In this document: positions 36,986 through 40,372 of the stretch, piece after piece
How the letters are laid out: each line of letters opens with the position of its first letter
Numbering within the stretch: the first letter of the stretch is position 1
IMG/VR virus record: IMGVR_UViG_3300021368_002115
Span: 1-40,372 of that record
From: a virus
Taxonomy: Duplodnaviria > Caudoviricetes
Length of the DNA stretch: 40,372 nt
Reading direction: 5' to 3' (one strand)
Position numbers and translations under genes: made by a program
Notes under the pieces: generated by a model
Database searches by the model: none
Told to the model about the DNA's origin: nothing
Seen by the model: only the letters and a program-made list of their open reading frames with translations

Positions 36986-37306
36986 ATGAGTAAAAGAAAA
37001 TCGATTGTTTCTGTTAAAGTTATCAAAGGAGATGTTAACAGAGCACTTAAAAAGTATAAAAGATTAGTAAATGATTCAGGTCATTTATTGGAACTGAGAG
37101 AAAGAAGATACTACACAAAACCCAAAACAGTTCGTAGAAAGGCAAAACTTCAAGCAATTAGAGAACAACAAAAGGAAACTATACTTGGTAAAATAGCCGA
37201 TGGTAACACAAAACTTAGATTTTATACTAAAAAAAAGAAGAAAAAGGTAGATAAAAGAAAACCTCAACAAAAAAAATCCATAGAAAATAGTAGTTTTAAG
37301 TTATAA
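36986..37306 (+). CDS. rpsU: Phage-encoded ribosomal protein bS21 with Lys-rich C-terminal extension
   Basis: VKVIKGDVNRALKKYKR..G.LLELRERRYYTKPKTVRR matches the bS21 signature. Confidence 0.9.
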   Translation: MSKRKSIVSVKVIKGDVNRALKKYKRLVNDSGHLLELRERRYYTKPKTVRRKAKLQAIREQQKETILGKIADGNTKLRFYTKKKKKKVDKRKPQQKKSIENSSFKL

Positions 37307-37310
37307 AACT

Positions 37311-37319
37311 ATATTTATA
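37311..37319 (+). promoter_or_regulatory. ATATTTATA motif, candidate late promoter for scaffold and capsid genes
   Basis: Lies at the start of the longest intergenic region in the window. Confidence 0.6.
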
Positions 37320-37327
37320 TACAAAAT

Positions 37328-37445
37328 AACCCACCACTATGTGGGTTCAATTAGTTGGTTTATGAATATCCACGAACTATATGTAGGATGAACACGACGA
37401 CCGACCTTATTATAATCTAATATTGAAAATCCCTTAATATTTTCA
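37328..37445 (+). other. Candidate structured RNA leader upstream of the scaffold gene
   Basis: Stems AACCCAC/GTGGGTT, GTTGGTT/GACCGAC enclosing TATCC/GGATG, and TGAAAAT/ATTTTCA. Confidence 0.45.
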
Positions 37446-37471
37446 CAGACAATTAACGAAAGGTAAAAACA

Positions 37472-38713
37472 ATGTCAAATTCAAAATTATTGAAAGAGGC
37501 TATTGCTGATGCTAAAGCTGTTAGAGAAACTGCAATCGCTAATGCTAAAATCGCTCTAGAAGAAGCTTTTACTCCGAGATTACAATCTCTACTTTCTCAG
37601 AAACTTCAACAAGAAATTGAAGAAGGTGAAGAAGAAGAAGTAGAAGAAACTGTTGAAGAATCAACAGAAGAAGTAAACGAAGAAGAAGTAACTGAAGAGT
37701 ACGATAAGGATGATGCTCCTGATGGAGATGCATCTGATATCGGTGATGGAGACAATAAAGCACCTGCAGATGATGCTAACTCATCATCAGACATAGCTGA
37801 ATCAGAAGATAAAGAAGAAGTTGAGGAATCAACTGAAACTGTATCTGAAGAAGAAGTATCTGAAGAAACTGAAGTTGTTGCTGAAGAAGAATCAGAAGAA
37901 GAAGAAGCTCAAGAAGAGGGCTACGGACATTCTGAAGAAGCTGAAGAACAAGAAGAAGAAGTTTCTGAAGAGGAAGAAGAATCAGACGAGGACGAACTTG
38001 ATTTAGAATCAATTATCAAAGAACTTGAATCAGAACTAACTTCGGAAGAAGAAGAAGCTGACCACCAAGAAGAACTTGATGCTGAGGAAAAAGAAGAAGT
38101 TGAAGATATCGCTGATGACGCTGTTGATTCTCACGAAGAGGAAAAACACGAAGAAGAAGTTTCTGAAGATTCTCACGAAGGTGAAGAAGAAGAAGGTTCT
38201 GAAGAAGAAGATTTAGATGAAGAAATCGACCTTAACGAAATCTTGAAAGAGATGGGTTATGGTGATGATGAAGTATCTGAAGAAGTTTCTGAAGAAGAAG
38301 AAGAAGTTGTAGAAGAAACTAACGAACTTGAAGAAGTAAAATCAGAGCTTACAGAAGCAATGAGTACTATCAAGGAACTTAAATCTACAATTAACGAAGT
38401 AAACTTGCTTAACGCAAAACTTCTTTACACAAACAAACTGTTTAGAGCTTATGATTTAACAAACGACCAAAAAATGAAAGTTGTTGAAACATTAGACAGA
38501 ACAGGTAACGTAAGAGAAGTAAAACTTGTATTCTCAACATTAGCTGAGTCATTCAAGTTTACTGGAACTACGAAAAAAGTTAAGAAACAAGCTAAAATTA
38601 CTGAATCATTCGCATCTAAACCAGTTGCAAGTACTGCTCCATCTAAGGAAGTAATTACTGAATCAACTAATACGATTGCTGAAAGATTTAAGAAATTGGC
38701 AAACATTAAATAA
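37472..38713 (+). CDS. Prohead scaffolding/core protein (T4 gp22-like role)
   Basis: Extremely Glu-rich centre with helical ends; immediately upstream of the capsid gene. Confidence 0.8.
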   Translation: MSNSKLLKEAIADAKAVRETAIANAKIALEEAFTPRLQSLLSQKLQQEIEEGEEEEVEETVEESTEEVNEEEVTEEYDKDDAPDGDASDIGDGDNKAPADDANSSSDIAESEDKEEVEESTETVSEEEVSEETEVVAEEESEEEEAQEEGYGHSEEAEEQEEEVSEEEEESDEDELDLESIIKELESELTSEEEEADHQEELDAEEKEEVEDIADDAVDSHEEEKHEEEVSEDSHEGEEEEGSEEEDLDEEIDLNEILKEMGYGDDEVSEEVSEEEEEVVEETNELEEVKSELTEAMSTIKELKSTINEVNLLNAKLLYTNKLFRAYDLTNDQKMKVVETLDRTGNVREVKLVFSTLAESFKFTGTTKKVKKQAKITESFASKPVASTAPSKEVITESTNTIAERFKKLANIK

Positions 38714-38745
38714 TTAGTTTAACAAAATTTTAAGGAGATAATAAA

Positions 38746-40362
38746 ATGGCAAATTTTGATTTATCTAAACTTACAGAAGGAAAGAACCCACAAGCAGTTA
38801 TGCTTGCTGAAACAAGAGAGCTTAAAAGCAAATGGGAACAAACTGGACTTCTTGAAGGTTTAGGAGAAAGAGAACAGTCTCAAATTTCTGTTCTTTTAGA
38901 AAACCAAGCAAAACAATTGCTTGATGAAGCTACACAGACTGGTACATCAGCTGGTAGTGAAGAGTGGTCGGGTGTTGCCCTTCCATTAGTAAGAAGAATT
39001 TTCGGTGAAATCGCATCGAAAGAATTCGTTAGTGTACAACCAATGAACCTTCCTTCAGGTCTAATCTTTTATTTAGACTTTAAGTATGGTACAGCTCAAC
39101 CAGGAAATCCTGGATTTAGCGGAAAATCACTTTTCGGTGGTACTGGTTCGGACTTAGGTTCAACTGATTCTGCTGTAAATGGTTTATACGGTGAAGGTAG
39201 ATTCGGATACACAGTAAATGATGTAACTGATGAAGCTACAACTGGTGAACAAACATTCGCAACTGCTTCATGGGCTGAAGTAGGATTTGATGCTTCTTTA
39301 TCAGCTTCAATCGCAGCTGGTGAAATTGCAAAAATTTCTGTTGCAACAAATGTATTAACAAGACCTGATTTAGATGCTGTAAGAAGTTACTACATTTCTT
39401 CATCTGATTTCGCAGGTGCTGATACATTCTACCCTGCTCACTCTAAAGTGAACGGTTCAAACTTTGAATTCTTCGCTAAAGTATCTGATATTACTGCAGG
39501 TGCTGGTGATGGACTTCAAATTAAATTTTCACAACAGCCTGTTGCTGAAAACAGAGGTGACTACGAAGATGGAAACGCTGCTGGTGTTTCTTCAGTAGGT
39601 GATGATTTAGGTATTCCAGAAGTAGACCTAGAGTTGAAGTCTGAAGCAATCGTTGCTAAGACAAGAAAACTTAAGGCTGTATGGACACCTGAGTTAGCTC
39701 AAGACCTTAATGCTTACCACAGTATTGATGCTGAAGCTGAATTAACTTCAATGTTATCTGAGTACATCTCACTAGAGATTGACCTAGAAATCCTTGATAT
39801 GTTAAAAGCTAACGCTTTAACTACTGAATACTGGTCAGTATCATTAGGTGAAGAGTACAACTCTGCAACTGGTGCATGGGTAGCTGGTTCTAACTCTGCT
39901 GCTTACACTAAGAATTCTTGGTTCCAGACTTTAGGTGCTAAACTTAATAAAGTTTCGAACAAGATTCACCAATTAACACTTAGAGGTGGAGCAAACTTCG
40001 TTGTTGCTTCTCCAGATGTTTGTACTATTTTAGAATCAATCCCAGGATTTACTGTATCTGCTGATAAAGATGCTTCATCTTTCGCAGCTGGTGTAACTAC
40101 TGTTGGTTCTATCGCAAACAGATATACTGTGTACAAAAACCCTTATATGACTTCTAACGAAATCTTATTAGGATTCAAAGGTTCAAACTTCCTAGAAACA
40201 GGAGCTGTATATGCACCTTATGTACCGTTAATCATGACACCTCTAGTATATGACCCAACTAACTTTACACCAAGAAGAGGTGTAATGACTAGATACGCTA
40301 AGAAAATGGTAAGACCAGAATTCTATGGTAAAATCTATGTTAAAGATTTAGCTAACGTATAA
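38746..40362 (+). CDS. Major capsid protein (T4 gp23-like)
   Basis: LPLVRR, VQPMNLPSGLIF, AKTRKLKAVWTPELAQDLNAYH, YAPYVPL and GVMTRY motifs; TAAGGAG SD. Confidence 0.97.
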   Translation: MANFDLSKLTEGKNPQAVMLAETRELKSKWEQTGLLEGLGEREQSQISVLLENQAKQLLDEATQTGTSAGSEEWSGVALPLVRRIFGEIASKEFVSVQPMNLPSGLIFYLDFKYGTAQPGNPGFSGKSLFGGTGSDLGSTDSAVNGLYGEGRFGYTVNDVTDEATTGEQTFATASWAEVGFDASLSASIAAGEIAKISVATNVLTRPDLDAVRSYYISSSDFAGADTFYPAHSKVNGSNFEFFAKVSDITAGAGDGLQIKFSQQPVAENRGDYEDGNAAGVSSVGDDLGIPEVDLELKSEAIVAKTRKLKAVWTPELAQDLNAYHSIDAEAELTSMLSEYISLEIDLEILDMLKANALTTEYWSVSLGEEYNSATGAWVAGSNSAAYTKNSWFQTLGAKLNKVSNKIHQLTLRGGANFVVASPDVCTILESIPGFTVSADKDASSFAAGVTTVGSIANRYTVYKNPYMTSNEILLGFKGSNFLETGAVYAPYVPLIMTPLVYDPTNFTPRRGVMTRYAKKMVRPEFYGKIYVKDLANV

Positions 40363-40372
40363 TCGTTAAATA

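Noticed and set aside
37291-37311. TAGTTTTA/TAAAACTA inverted repeat at the end of bS21 as a terminator
   Set aside because: The stem is almost entirely A/T, overlaps the coding end and lacks a clear U-tract; too weak to call.
37600-38340. GAA-rich low-complexity tract and the alternative-frame ORF 37821-38006
   Set aside because: Explained by the poly-Glu region of the scaffold protein.
1006-39427. The many minus-strand ORFs of 60-156 aa in the track
   Set aside because: All lie largely or wholly antisense to well-supported + strand genes and show no recognisable motifs; they are shadows of biased codon usage.
25728-40362. Introns, inteins or homing endonucleases in terminase, portal or capsid genes
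   Set aside because: These genes are uninterrupted and of ordinary length; no splicing or LAGLIDADG/HNH/GIY-YIG motifs were seen.
1-40372. Stop-codon reassignment, as seen in some large phages
   Set aside because: The standard code gives near-complete coding coverage, and TAA, TGA and TAG all end genes at plausible boundaries.
1-40372. tRNA or rRNA genes
   Set aside because: No intergenic space shows a cloverleaf or T-loop signature; tRNAscan-SE would confirm.

Overview
AT-rich segment of a large T4-like dsDNA phage genome. All supported genes are on the + strand and tightly packed under the standard genetic code. The host is probably Bacteroidota; this is inferred from a BACON-type domain and a phage bS21 gene. 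Left half (about 1-20.4 kb): the end of a Ser/Thr-rich BACON protein, then a ~19 kb modification cluster. The cluster holds a GT4-like and a GT2-like glycosyltransferase, a SAM methyltransferase, three GT7 enzymes with a LamG-like domain inserted inside the catalytic fold, a cytidylyltransferase, a stand-alone LamG-like protein, eight near-tandem radical SAM enzymes with N-terminal twitch domains, and an RmlC-like cupin lacking the usual catalytic residues. Right half (20.5-40.4 kb): a 1285-aa multi-module protein (HxGH nucleotidyltransferase, HD domain, KxDG ligase-like domain), terminase, portal, prohead protease, bS21, scaffold and major capsid protein. Between these lie many basic proteins that share an N-terminal M-K-L-x-x-L-L-x-E leader and are built from small modules separated by Glu-ended linkers (ESVNE, encoded by a recurring 15-bp repeat). 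An ATATTTATA motif lies in eight intergenic gaps and is a candidate late promoter. The two best candidates for undescribed systems are the glycosyltransferase plus 8x radical SAM tailoring cluster and the apparently protease-cleaved, capsid-targeted cassette polyproteins. All calls come from reading motifs by eye; no searches were run.
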